Shown: one piece after another, positions 25,781 to 35,435 of the stretch
Position numbering within the stretch: the stretch's first letter is position 1
Layout of the letters: the number at the start of each line of letters is the position of its first letter
Assembly: GCA_039189765.1 (NCBI GenBank)
Contig: JBCCYL010000012.1
Coordinates: 32,001 to 96,000, forward strand
DNA length: 64,000 nucleotides
Reading direction: 5' to 3'
Source: Cyanobacteria bacterium P01_F01_bin.150
GTDB taxonomy: Bacteria > Cyanobacteriota > Cyanobacteriia > CAKZMO01
Position numbers and translations under genes: made by a program
Notes under the pieces: generated by a model
Database searches by the model: none
What the model was told of the DNA's origin: nothing
Seen by the model: the letters and a program-made list of their open reading frames with translations, nothing else

Positions 25781-27484
25781 ATGCCCAGCCTGCCAAGCGA
25801 TCCACAAAAATTAGCTCAGCAGATTAGGGATGCTATTCTCTCGCAGCCATTCGAGGCACGAGTAACCCAGGGGGCAGCAGTCGAAGGCTTCGCAACACTA
25901 ATGCCGACCGATCCGATAGTGGCAGGGCTATTTCCCAGTGGCGTAAGGGCACGGGTAAAGTTGGGCGATCTGCTGAGTGGCACGGCGACGGTGCAGCGTG
26001 TGGGAACCGAATATATTGCGTTTGGTCAACCTGCGCAGTTGGTGAGTCAGCGTGTTGAGGCTGGGTTTAAGTCGGCGGTTGAGGTGCCTGTTACTGTGCC
26101 TGAAGAGAAAGAGTTTTCGCCGATTAAGTTTTTATATATTGACAGCAATGAGCTGTTTGTGTTCGACGGCGAAGAGTACCGCAGCCTGGGCACCCCGTTT
26201 GGATTTGAGGGAGCGATCGCTAATACTGGTTCTGCCACTACTGCGTGGAACGGGTGGGTGGAAACTTCCGGCAGCGCAAGGCCATATATTGAGGGAGTAG
26301 CACAGACAGATCAAAGTATTGATGCACAAGCGGATTTGTTAGCAATTGGCCAAGGGTGGGGGCTGTCTTTTCCGTTCGGTTCATCCTCTGCTGATGGAGT
26401 CACTGGGGATGTCACTCAGGATGTTTCGCAGATATCGTTGTCAAATGCGATCGCCACGCAGATTGATGGAACTGTGGTCACTGAGGAGTTAGGGTCTGGT
26501 TATCCTAACTGGTCACAAAGTACTAGCCACTTTACTGATGAGTCGGCGCAAGAAGCGTTCTCAATGGCGGCTAATAATAATTCCGCTCGTGATGATTTTC
26601 AAAACAACGGACCGTTTGAAACGGACCGCCCTTATTGTCCGCGTGGGGCTGGCGGTGTGAAAATTCATATAATGATTCCTCTTACGAAAAATAATAACCT
26701 TACTCCTAGTCAGCCAAAAGAAGATGACTGGACAAAAGGCCTGAACAGTTTTAATCTGCCAGCACTAACGCCATTCTTGTCTCACACTGTTAGTTTTTTG
26801 GGAAGCAATGGCACCATATATAACTCTTGGGAAAACTGGCAGGTTGACGGATTGGTTAGGCTTAGCGCAACAAGTGGCAATCCGGCCAACCCAGACAACT
26901 CAGTTAACAGCAGCAACCTTTTACCCTGTGGGTTTGACAGGTCTGAATGGGGTCAGGCGGGTAGCTCGTTTTCTGAGGTCCGACTTTATACTCGAACTTA
27001 CGTGTTTGGGGTCGAGGATTTTGGAGGCCCTTTTGACGGGCAATTTGGCCAAACCTACCAATCATTTGAACCCTGTACCTCAGAGGGCTGCGTTAACAGT
27101 TTTCTCAATAACTTTTTGGCTGTAGAAGTTCGCAATGGACCGTTGGACGATGTTTACTCTGTCGTTGAGTTTGACGGAGAATTTATAGAGGGCACTGGCA
27201 TCAATTTTTGTGGCTCTAACTTTCAGTGTCCAGTTGACTGGAATGGACCGCCTCCGCCTCCACCACTCGACAATCTACCCAATTTTTATTGGGAGCAAAT
27301 ACTCCTCAGGTCATTTGAGGGCGCATTGATTCACGCTGAAGTGGCTACTCGTATTGAATTTTTGCCTGAGGAAGAGGACGAGGATTATATCTACATCTTT
27401 GACGTGAAATTTTATCTTGGTAGCACTCAGTTTAAGAACACAGCTCCTGTCGTCTATATTCCGCCATCAGGGGGGATATCGTGA
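25781..27484 (+). CDS. Putative virion/tail protein
   Basis: Acidic, G/S/T/N-rich; start moved to MPSLPS. Confidence 0.6.
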   Translation: MPSLPSDPQKLAQQIRDAILSQPFEARVTQGAAVEGFATLMPTDPIVAGLFPSGVRARVKLGDLLSGTATVQRVGTEYIAFGQPAQLVSQRVEAGFKSAVEVPVTVPEEKEFSPIKFLYIDSNELFVFDGEEYRSLGTPFGFEGAIANTGSATTAWNGWVETSGSARPYIEGVAQTDQSIDAQADLLAIGQGWGLSFPFGSSSADGVTGDVTQDVSQISLSNAIATQIDGTVVTEELGSGYPNWSQSTSHFTDESAQEAFSMAANNNSARDDFQNNGPFETDRPYCPRGAGGVKIHIMIPLTKNNNLTPSQPKEDDWTKGLNSFNLPALTPFLSHTVSFLGSNGTIYNSWENWQVDGLVRLSATSGNPANPDNSVNSSNLLPCGFDRSEWGQAGSSFSEVRLYTRTYVFGVEDFGGPFDGQFGQTYQSFEPCTSEGCVNSFLNNFLAVEVRNGPLDDVYSVVEFDGEFIEGTGINFCGSNFQCPVDWNGPPPPPPLDNLPNFYWEQILLRSFEGALIHAEVATRIEFLPEEEDEDYIYIFDVKFYLGSTQFKNTAPVVYIPPSGGIS

Positions 27485-28182
27485 CTCTAACAGTTGGGCA
27501 GCAATTTACTTTTAGTAAGCAGCTATTCGCTCCTACTGGCTTTACAAAGGAGGGATTCGAGGCGGATCATTCCCAAGGCGAGTATCCTGAGATTTCAACA
27601 GGAGATATTTTAGCAAGCGCTTCAACCCTGAAGAGGCGATCGCCCAATGCAAATGCTTTTTCCTTAAATGCTCGATACACAGGCACTACTCCTAGCCAGT
27701 TGTGGGGGCATGTGGTGATGGGTACTCCAGCGATTGCTTTTGACAACATCTCTAAGCAACGTGGAGATGGAGCGGTGACGAGTGCTACCCCTAACGCATT
27801 GATAACTGACCCGTTGACAGGCGCTACGACAGCACAGATCGCCATCACAATTACAATCAATTCTGTTATTGACGCTGCCTGGAATTCAGTCCATCACGTT
27901 TATGGCGGTAATCAGATTGTCTACTTAAATACTGGGTCGATCAGTCAGTTCAGTCATGTATTCCGAGGGGGGCTGGGCAAGAACATTACCTATCGGGGTA
28001 ACGATATTTTTATTGCTGCCAACCCAGAAGTGGGCGATACAGAGACTTATGTGGAACGATGGGAGATCTCTATGGATGGTGGACTAGCTTGCATCACGCA
28101 ACAGGAGGGGCGGTTAATTGCTATCCCTGAATTTACAGCTTTATCTCCTAACGTCCTCAGTACTAGTTATTTTCAGGTTTAG
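27481..28182 (+). CDS. Putative virion/tail protein
   Basis: T/S/G-rich; GTGA coupling. Confidence 0.55.
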   Translation: MTLTVGQQFTFSKQLFAPTGFTKEGFEADHSQGEYPEISTGDILASASTLKRRSPNANAFSLNARYTGTTPSQLWGHVVMGTPAIAFDNISKQRGDGAVTSATPNALITDPLTGATTAQIAITITINSVIDAAWNSVHHVYGGNQIVYLNTGSISQFSHVFRGGLGKNITYRGNDIFIAANPEVGDTETYVERWEISMDGGLACITQQEGRLIAIPEFTALSPNVLSTSYFQV

Positions 28183-29180
28183 AGCGCGTATCTAGCAATC
28201 AATGTGTTTTCTGCTGATTGGCGATCGCTTGTGCTTAATTCAGTTGGCCAGACTAAGAAGTCTGTCACGTCAGCACTTGGGCTGCCTGTGCCGTCCATAA
28301 AGGTAAAGACATTCTCCCAGGAGAATGCACTGCCTAAGAAGCTGGCAGTGTGCCATGATTGGCCGTTTTGGAAAAACGCAACCCCTGCACTGTTGATAAC
28401 AATGCTTATTACAGAGAGTGTAGCATTTTGATCATTAATGGCTGTCTCAGGAGGTGCTGGCGTATTTATCTGCCCCCCAGTGAACCCTGTCAAGTACACG
28501 CGATTGTTGGTCCCATCCATCACGATTTCTTTTGCAGCAGAGTCGCCATTCATCATAAACAATGCTCCCTCAAGGCATGCCCCAACAAATATAATAGTCC
28601 AGTCCGTGGAGGAAGTCGTTGTGATTGGTCTTCCCCCGCTGGTTAGATTCCCATCAAAATAGAAACCGTCCAATCCGTTGAATGCTGCATCAGACAACGT
28701 TGGAATTGAACCACTGTAAGTTAGATTATTGCTGCTAGAGCTTTGGTCTAAGATCTCTGTAATTACGCCTGCAACCCCAGTGGTCGTCACTCCAGCCTCT
28801 GCCGATATCCAAAATTCAGGAGTGCCAGGAATCGCGTACGGGCCTGAGCTTCCTGCGGATTCTGCTACCGATGGTGTCCAGACTAAATTTCCTTCCGTAG
28901 ACAATGCATAGTAAAGCTTTGGTGGGTCTTCCGCCGTGTCTACAATTTGCTGCATCTCGAAAAAGGGAGTGATATTTCCCCGTGGATCTCCCGTTGTATT
29001 CGTTGGTTGTGACGCCACTACGACCCAATCAGTAATAGCACCGGTGCCTGTAGCGATCAATACCGCTTTGCCGTTTGTGTTATTGAGCACATACGCTAAA
29101 TTGACAGCCGTAGGGGCTGCTGTAGGCATTGCTGATTGCACGTTCAGAGCTGTGCTAGTTAACGTATTATGCTCAACCAT
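28179..29180 (-). CDS. Tail fibre/receptor-binding protein with LamG-like C-terminus
   Basis: FWISAEAGV...DQS...FNGLDGFYFDG...TELSTSDRQSAENTLIARY. Confidence 0.7.
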   Translation of the reverse strand: MVEHNTLTSTALNVQSAMPTAAPTAVNLAYVLNNTNGKAVLIATGTGAITDWVVVASQPTNTTGDPRGNITPFFEMQQIVDTAEDPPKLYYALSTEGNLVWTPSVAESAGSSGPYAIPGTPEFWISAEAGVTTTGVAGVITEILDQSSSSNNLTYSGSIPTLSDAAFNGLDGFYFDGNLTSGGRPITTTSSTDWTIIFVGACLEGALFMMNGDSAAKEIVMDGTNNRVYLTGFTGGQINTPAPPETAINDQNATLSVISIVINSAGVAFFQNGQSWHTASFLGSAFSWENVFTFMDGTGSPSADVTDFLVWPTELSTSDRQSAENTLIARYAL

Positions 29181-31497
29181 CTGTTACGACATCTCCATTT
29201 TCAGTGATTACGCTGCCATTTTCAGTTACTGCATTTGCCGGAACGCTATTGGACCCAACACCCCATTCAAAGCCCCTAATTACAGAGCTAGTGAAAGACC
29301 TAAACTCATACACGCTCCAGTCACTTGGGGCCTCGGGGACGCTGTCGCCTACCCACGCTATCGAGTTATCCCAGCCTGCCACAGTAAAGCTACTGGGGTT
29401 GATGATTTCCAGGTTGAAGTTAAGCCCTGCTGATATACCCACCAGGTTGATAGCGGTGACATTCTCCGTAAGGGTTAGGGTGTAGAGATTACTCTCAGTT
29501 AAGTCTATGCTCACCACTCCCGCACTACTAGTTAATGCTACAGGCTCAAACTTCTGCCCCTCAGTGAAGATCTGTGACTGATTGAGATAGGCAATATTGG
29601 TGCCAGCGGATTCAGGGATGACCCTAAGATTACCGCTTGCTGTGCTGTGGTCTACGCTTGTGATCTGTGCGCCATCATAGACAGGGGCGATCGCTATCTC
29701 GTAGCTTTCAGCAACCAAACTGCTACTTCCGGCGATGGCGGTACTCGTGAATGAACCATGATCAAAAAGGCTAAACGAGGCATCAGAGCTAGAGTCAGGC
29801 AAAGTGCCAACAGTAGAGCCAATGCTGTTGATAGTGATTGTTTGCGGCGAGGTGCCGACAGCGGCGGTGAGCACTTCATAGACAATCCCTCCAAATCTGG
29901 CAAACACAACATAAGACGCTGCATTGAAGGGTGCAGCCTTGCTCCGTACCTGCTCATCAGGGTAATCAGCTCTGACTGTTGTGGGGTGGTCGATGGTGAC
30001 CTGTATTTGTTGCCCATTCCCAGAAATAGTAATCGGATTTGACCAATCAGAAGCGGTGTATCGCCCTGACGCTGGCCCTAACCCGGTGCCAATCACTGCC
30101 CGTTGCACTTCGCCAGATTCTACTGATCCGGTGCGAACGTTGACCTGGTTAAGTGCTGTGTTTACAGCCACCAATTGATTGTCGGTGGAACTAGAAATGT
30201 TGTTTATATCCTGGGCTACGCTGCTAAATGCTAGATGACCCTGAAATGTGGTCTCATCTAACGATTGAATCGCACCGGAGCTGATAGTGGCTTTTGCCGT
30301 GCCTACCGAGGGCAATACGATTCGCTTTTCGCCGACTGACGCAACACCCTCGCCCGATAATGCAGCAGTGGGCGATCGCTCTCCCAGTGGCGATTGAGCT
30401 TTAGCAAAGTATGTGAGTAAAGAGCCTTCAGTGAAGGTGCTGCTTAGCACAGATGCATCGACATTGAGCTGCACCCGATACAGAAATGCATTTCCGCTGT
30501 CAAGCTGTTCAGGAGTTGTGATGCCACCAAGGCCATCGAGCAATGGGCCAAGTGTTACGGGGTTCCCCACGCCTGCTCCGCTTGTATCGAGAGTGCCAGC
30601 GGACAGGTCAGTCTTGCCCAGGTAAGTAGCCGAAACTTTGCCTGATAACGCCGTGCTTACATCTGCTCCATTCTGACGAAATATAAAGGCGATCGATGAG
30701 TTAACGGGCAATGATGACTGACCCGAAGGGACGACTACCGCCAGTATTGGCGCTTGATTGACTGGCTGGATAACGCCATTAAACAGATAGGGCGCATTTT
30801 GTAGCACTACGTTAGACTCAATGCCCAGCGCTAACTGATTGATCGGCTTAGCGTAACCCTGCTGCCGAGTAGCTGTGGCACCTTGCGCAGTATCCGCCAC
30901 ATACGCAGAAAATCCAGTAAGGTGACTGACCCAAAAGCCTCCTCCGCTGGCAAAGTTTCCTGATGCGGCCAATGGATCGTATCTCCAGTACTCACCCACG
31001 TTTTGGACATAACGGATCATGCCGAATATTGGCGCAGTGGGGAGAGCCGCACTATCGGTTACCGACTGAGAGAGGGCAATATCATCATCAGTGGATAGCT
31101 CGATCACGAGGGGCAGTGATAGATTTGCTCCTGTGCCAGGGTATGAGACGGCCCCGACTGTCGCAGCATCCTTGAACCTCACGCTTGCAAGAATTACCGC
31201 AGTCGTCGGATCGTTGGTTAATGATGCTGCAATCTGTCCTTCCCAAGTGTCTTCACCAGCTAAGCGAGAACCCACGTCATAAGAAACTTGGATTTTATCG
31301 CCAGCGTTGTAATTAACTAAAATACCTGCTTCAGCAGGAGTACTGCCACCATCTCCTAATTTGTTGTAGCCAATTTTGTTACGGGATTGGCCAAATAGAT
31401 AAAGGCTCCCAGCACTAGTAAACGATCCTCCTGAAACGACGGTGACCGTTATATTAGGCGTTAGTTCTCTAATAGGTCCACTCTGAGCCTGGGCCAT
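29173..31497 (-). CDS. Tail/baseplate structural protein
   Basis: 774 aa, beta-rich; SIDLTESNLYTLTLTEN domain and TENG repeats typical of tail fibres. Confidence 0.7.
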   Translation of the reverse strand: MAQAQSGPIRELTPNITVTVVSGGSFTSAGSLYLFGQSRNKIGYNKLGDGGSTPAEAGILVNYNAGDKIQVSYDVGSRLAGEDTWEGQIAASLTNDPTTAVILASVRFKDAATVGAVSYPGTGANLSLPLVIELSTDDDIALSQSVTDSAALPTAPIFGMIRYVQNVGEYWRYDPLAASGNFASGGGFWVSHLTGFSAYVADTAQGATATRQQGYAKPINQLALGIESNVVLQNAPYLFNGVIQPVNQAPILAVVVPSGQSSLPVNSSIAFIFRQNGADVSTALSGKVSATYLGKTDLSAGTLDTSGAGVGNPVTLGPLLDGLGGITTPEQLDSGNAFLYRVQLNVDASVLSSTFTEGSLLTYFAKAQSPLGERSPTAALSGEGVASVGEKRIVLPSVGTAKATISSGAIQSLDETTFQGHLAFSSVAQDINNISSSTDNQLVAVNTALNQVNVRTGSVESGEVQRAVIGTGLGPASGRYTASDWSNPITISGNGQQIQVTIDHPTTVRADYPDEQVRSKAAPFNAASYVVFARFGGIVYEVLTAAVGTSPQTITINSIGSTVGTLPDSSSDASFSLFDHGSFTSTAIAGSSSLVAESYEIAIAPVYDGAQITSVDHSTASGNLRVIPESAGTNIAYLNQSQIFTEGQKFEPVALTSSAGVVSIDLTESNLYTLTLTENVTAINLVGISAGLNFNLEIINPSSFTVAGWDNSIAWVGDSVPEAPSDWSVYEFRSFTSSVIRGFEWGVGSNSVPANAVTENGSVITENGDVVTDG

Positions 31498-31527
31498 GTA
31501 GGGTTGCGGTGTGGGTCAGTGGTAACC

Positions 31528-31533
31528 GTTCCC
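31528..31533 (-). promoter_or_regulatory. Putative late promoter core
   Basis: GGGAACGGT 30 nt upstream of ATG. Confidence 0.5.
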
Positions 31534-31554
31534 TAACTTTTTTTGATCAAAGAG

Positions 31555-31584
31555 TTGACACCACCCGTCACTTTACCCTACACT
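31555..31584 (+). promoter_or_regulatory. Sigma70-type early promoter
   Basis: TTGACA-N18-TACACT upstream of AAGGAG RBS. Confidence 0.65.
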
Positions 31585-31660
31585 TAAATCAAGTCAGCGG
31601 GGTTTAATTTCCACATCTCACCCCGCTGAGTGCCATAAGACACTAAAGGAGCTTAGCATA

Positions 31661-33469
31661 ATGTCTCTTCAAGCTATCGCCAACCGTCCGCAATCTCGTC
31701 AAGTTTTACGCTATCAAGCTGATAATGCAGATGCGTTACAGGAGGTGCGGGATTTCTTGGAGGGAGGATTGGTCTACAATCCTCTTCATTTGAGTAGTGA
31801 TGAAGTATGCCAGATCCCTACATTGTCTGAAGAGGGACTAAAAAGCTTACTTGAAAGAAAAGCCACGTCATCCCGTTGGATTGGTTGGAAACTGTGGCGT
31901 CAGTCTAATGGGTGGGGCGAGTCAGAGTATCGATCCTTTGAGCAGTTGCTGGGGGACTGGAAAACTCGCTCTAACATCCTGCGTTGGATGCGGCAAAACG
32001 AAGATCTGTGCTTTGAATGCGGATTGGCCGAGCGTAACTATGATTGCGGTGATCTCACCACTCATTTCTATCCTGATTCTCTAACAGGGATCGGGGTTGA
32101 CGGGCCTCGCAGTGCTGAGGAGTTCTGTCAACTATACGTCACAGTCATGAATAAGCAACGGGTGTGGCATTCTTCGAAGCAAATCCCGTTCAGCCCCGTA
32201 GTTAATGTCGCTTGCTTCCCTAATTACAATCGGTTGCCATTGTGGGTTAAGCAGGGTCTTGTAAAGTATGCTCCCAACCATGCTCAAATTGGCGGCGATC
32301 GCATCGGCAACATCTGGGAACTCCCCACAATGGTAAAAGCCTGGAAGTGGGGCAACTTCCCTAAGCTCATTGCTAAGAAAATCGGCAAGCTATCCGTCAA
32401 GTCTCGCTTAATAGCGGGTTTAGCGTGGGGCGCGGTCGATAGCGACTGGGAGAAAAAAGAAAAGGCTCGTGCTGAGATTGTTAATGATTTCTGGTTATGG
32501 TTCCGAAAGTTATCTAATAGTTCAGTCATCGAATTGTTGGGTTATATCAATAGTCGTAACGACGACAACTATTGCGACTGCAATTTTCTTGCTACTTCTA
32601 AGCATGTCCGCATTTGTTTAGAAATTTTGCTGGATTTACCATATGAGGCATTGGCAGAAGAGTGGGAGCAGGGCGATCGCGACGAAAACGATTTCAATCG
32701 GCCCAGTGACGAGCGTATCCTGGAAATAATCGCCTCGTCTGGCGATCCTAAGCAGACGTGTGAAATGCTTCTAGGATGCTCCGGCAAGGCTACAGTTTCA
32801 GCGTTTTTGAACTGCGCTCACTGGGATAAAGTAAAGTGGGCTGCGGCTCTAGCATACGGGAGTCCTGACTCTTGCCAAAAGATTCTTGCGCAATCTCCGC
32901 AGATTGCGTACCAAAGAGATGCCGTTGAGTTTCTCTTAACGCTACCGATGAGTGCCCGAATCCGACTTCTGGGCTGCACCACGTTCAAGTACCGAGAGCG
33001 GGAGTGCGAAATCACAGACGACCATGTTCGTGACACTGGCTATCTTTGGAGCAACATCCAGGACAAGCCGGAATTAGGTCGTGTTCGCAATTGGTTCTCT
33101 ATTCACGAACAACTTAGCTCTGCGTTCGTTGAAGAACTACCTGATGAAGCTTTGCCCATCCCCCATGGATGGGAGCATTTAGATGGCCTATCTGCTGTGG
33201 ATGGTTCTTGGAGTCTTGAATTCCCACGCAGAGTAGCGACTTTGAAACACTGGGGCAAAGCGCAAAAGAATTGCGTTGGTGGTTATGGTCCCGCCATCAA
33301 GCAGGGGCGATCGGTTGTGTTTGCAGTTCGTGAGCAAGGGTTACTCACTCATACAGTTGAGTACTGTGGCAAGAGCTGTAATCAGTTCTATGGCTATGGA
33401 AATGGTTACGCAGACACCCAAATTGAGCTATCTGTTAAGCACGCCATTCACCAAGCGATCGGGGCATAA
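31661..33469 (+). CDS. PcfJ domain protein
   Basis: C-terminal IHEQLS...LKHWGKAQKNCVGGY...THTVEY...QFYG. Confidence 0.8.
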   Translation: MSLQAIANRPQSRQVLRYQADNADALQEVRDFLEGGLVYNPLHLSSDEVCQIPTLSEEGLKSLLERKATSSRWIGWKLWRQSNGWGESEYRSFEQLLGDWKTRSNILRWMRQNEDLCFECGLAERNYDCGDLTTHFYPDSLTGIGVDGPRSAEEFCQLYVTVMNKQRVWHSSKQIPFSPVVNVACFPNYNRLPLWVKQGLVKYAPNHAQIGGDRIGNIWELPTMVKAWKWGNFPKLIAKKIGKLSVKSRLIAGLAWGAVDSDWEKKEKARAEIVNDFWLWFRKLSNSSVIELLGYINSRNDDNYCDCNFLATSKHVRICLEILLDLPYEALAEEWEQGDRDENDFNRPSDERILEIIASSGDPKQTCEMLLGCSGKATVSAFLNCAHWDKVKWAAALAYGSPDSCQKILAQSPQIAYQRDAVEFLLTLPMSARIRLLGCTTFKYRERECEITDDHVRDTGYLWSNIQDKPELGRVRNWFSIHEQLSSAFVEELPDEALPIPHGWEHLDGLSAVDGSWSLEFPRRVATLKHWGKAQKNCVGGYGPAIKQGRSVVFAVREQGLLTHTVEYCGKSCNQFYGYGNGYADTQIELSVKHAIHQAIGA

Positions 33470-33535
33470 GTCGAAACGCCTCTACATGGGGCGTCTGTGG
33501 GATAGTCGTTCACCCACACTGATGAGATAGACGAT
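33470..33535 (+). ncRNA. Type II hammerhead ribozyme
   Basis: GTC-GAAA-CGCCTC/GGGGCG-TC (cleavage after C33495)-TGTGGG/CCCACA-CTGATGA-GAT. Confidence 0.85.
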
Positions 33536-33788
33536 GGATGTATTTTTAGAAATAGTAGCAGCTACCTTTTTTGCATGTTTGCTTACATCTTTAACAACTT
33601 TAGCGTTAAAGGAAGTAGAAATATCAGTTGAGACTTTTGCTGCCAATGGACTGATAATAACTCTTGTTTTTTTGGGCTTAGAATTTTTTGAGATGAATTC
33701 GCTAAGCTTCTGGCTGCAATCTTCGCTAGGGGGCTTTGCTGGCTTATTCGTTGCTTATTTAGTCAGGGGGAAAAAGAATGAATCATGA
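33534..33788 (+). CDS. Three-TM membrane protein
   Basis: Hydrophobic 84-aa ORF. Confidence 0.65.
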   Translation: MDVFLEIVAATFFACLLTSLTTLALKEVEISVETFAANGLIITLVFLGLEFFEMNSLSFWLQSSLGGFAGLFVAYLVRGKKNES

Positions 33789-34188
33789 AGCCTTAGCGAA
33801 GGCAAGGCAATGGGGGCAACAGCAATATCCGAGATCTCCTATCCAACATCACGCAGCCTTCGCCAACTCCGTGGCTTACATGGTCACGGGTGCAAGTGGT
33901 GGTTATGGTGGTGCCTCAGTTAGGGAGCATGCAGTTAGTCATGCTGTTGGCTTGCATGGAGGAGGTGAGCGCACCACAGTCCAAGGGTTGAATGCTTTTA
34001 TCCCTGGGAGTGGCCATATCCCCGCTGGGCAATGGGGCTTTGAAGAAGCGTGTCAATTCGCTAGGTCTATATGTTATGGCGAATTAACCGATCTACACTT
34101 CTTTTGTTATCGATCGGAAAATTGCTTCGATGATGCTGCGGAGGATATCGAAGCGCTAAAAAAGTACTCAGCGATCGACCGCCAATAA
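33778..34188 (+). CDS. Hypothetical protein; possible -1 frameshift extension to 34310 adding a zinc finger
   Basis: A_AAA_AAG at 34158-34164; -1 frame encodes CAVKGC...GYCSRC. Confidence 0.7.
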   Translation: MNHEALAKARQWGQQQYPRSPIQHHAAFANSVAYMVTGASGGYGGASVREHAVSHAVGLHGGGERTTVQGLNAFIPGSGHIPAGQWGFEEACQFARSICYGELTDLHFFCYRSENCFDDAAEDIEALKKYSAIDRQ

Positions 34189-34310
34189 GTAGAGGTTTTG
34201 GTCACATATGCGCTGTCAAAGGGTGCAACAAGAAGTTACGCAGTGATAACAGGACGGGTTACTGTTCTCGGTGCTATAAGAACCGACAGCCCAATTCAAA
34301 ATACAGATAA

Positions 34311-34577
34311 ATGACTCACCTCACGATCACCACCTATCTACGTCAATATGCATCGGCTTTTAACCTGCACTGGGCTGAACCACTGGTGAACAAGGCTAGC
34401 GATGATGCCGTTTGTCTTGAATGGTGGCGAGGCGATCGCAAGCTCACTATTTATATTGAGGATGGCAAAGCTGAAGTGCTGCGAGTGTGGGGGACGAACC
34501 CTGATACTGAGATGGCAAATGAGATAATCAGCACACTCAGCGAACTTGAGGCTCTGTGGGGCTGGTTAGTGGCATGA
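34311..34577 (+). CDS. Hypothetical protein
   Basis: VCLEWWRGDRKLTIYI motif. Confidence 0.65.
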   Translation: MTHLTITTYLRQYASAFNLHWAEPLVNKASDDAVCLEWWRGDRKLTIYIEDGKAEVLRVWGTNPDTEMANEIISTLSELEALWGWLVA

Positions 34578-34583
34578 ATACTG

Positions 34584-34626
34584 GAAACCCCGTTAGGCTT
34601 GTAGCTCCAACGGGGTTTCTTTTCTT
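34584..34626 (+). terminator. Rho-independent terminator
   Basis: GAAACCCCGTT...AACGGGGTTTC + TTTTCTT. Confidence 0.75.
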
Positions 34627-34994
34627 ATAAACCTGGATTCTATCTACTCCATCAAATAAATCGACTAGTTTGGCGACGAGCGATTTATTTGTTCCCAGTA
34701 GCAGGGGATGCCAGATCAAATGCACTACAAGAGTGCCTACAATTTAATGTTAAGTCTTCGAACCAGAATTGACAATAGTGTCATCTCTCCCAAAGCAAAA
34801 ACTCAACCAACAAGGAAGGAATTGCAAGAGCTGTCAGGCCATCACGCCAACCTATCCATCATCAAATGAGGCTGAGGTATATTCACCGGACGCTAAGAAG
34901 CCAACGCCGATTCTTCTTGTTGACATTATAGCTTAGGTGGCGATCGCCAGTGCTATCATGACGCCAATCAAGCAACTACAAACTCGGTAACACT

Positions 34995-35252
34995 ATGACC
35001 ACATACCAGGAAATCAGCAATCTCGTAGGGCAGATGGTGACGTTGGCAGGCAGAGAAGCAATCGTAAAGCAATGGGCAGCAGAGCACCCAATGGCAAGGG
35101 AGTCCAAAGACGACAACCAAATTGCTGGCCCAATAGAGATGGAGGGCGACCCAAACGGTTGGTTCCGAGTATCCCTGACTCCTGACGGATATGGCCAATG
35201 GTGGAGGCACGGAATGTTGATAAATCACATAGCCCAAAGCAAAGCCCCTTAA
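34995..35252 (+). CDS. Small hypothetical protein
   Basis: 85-aa ORF. Confidence 0.5.
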   Translation: MTTYQEISNLVGQMVTLAGREAIVKQWAAEHPMARESKDDNQIAGPIEMEGDPNGWFRVSLTPDGYGQWWRHGMLINHIAQSKAP

Positions 35253-35435
35253 CCGAAGCCAAGGGGACGCACTGAACAAGCCATAGGCTGGGCATAACTC
35301 CAGCTTTTCACAAATATTGTAGCGCATGAAAAAACTGCTCCGGGTACAAGCAGTTGAAAGGGTGTGTTCATTAAAAGAGGTATACTGCATCGTTAACAGC
35401 AACAATTAAATGTTAGATCAAGCGCTCTTTCTGTG

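Noticed and set aside
25781..31497. Diversity-generating retroelement or invertible tail-fibre cassette
   Set aside because: No reverse transcriptase, TR/VR pair, invertase or flanking inverted repeats seen.
34630..34760. IS200 tnpA remnant (VHLIWHP on minus strand)
   Set aside because: Only a few residues resemble TnpA; no HUH or catalytic Tyr motif is visible.
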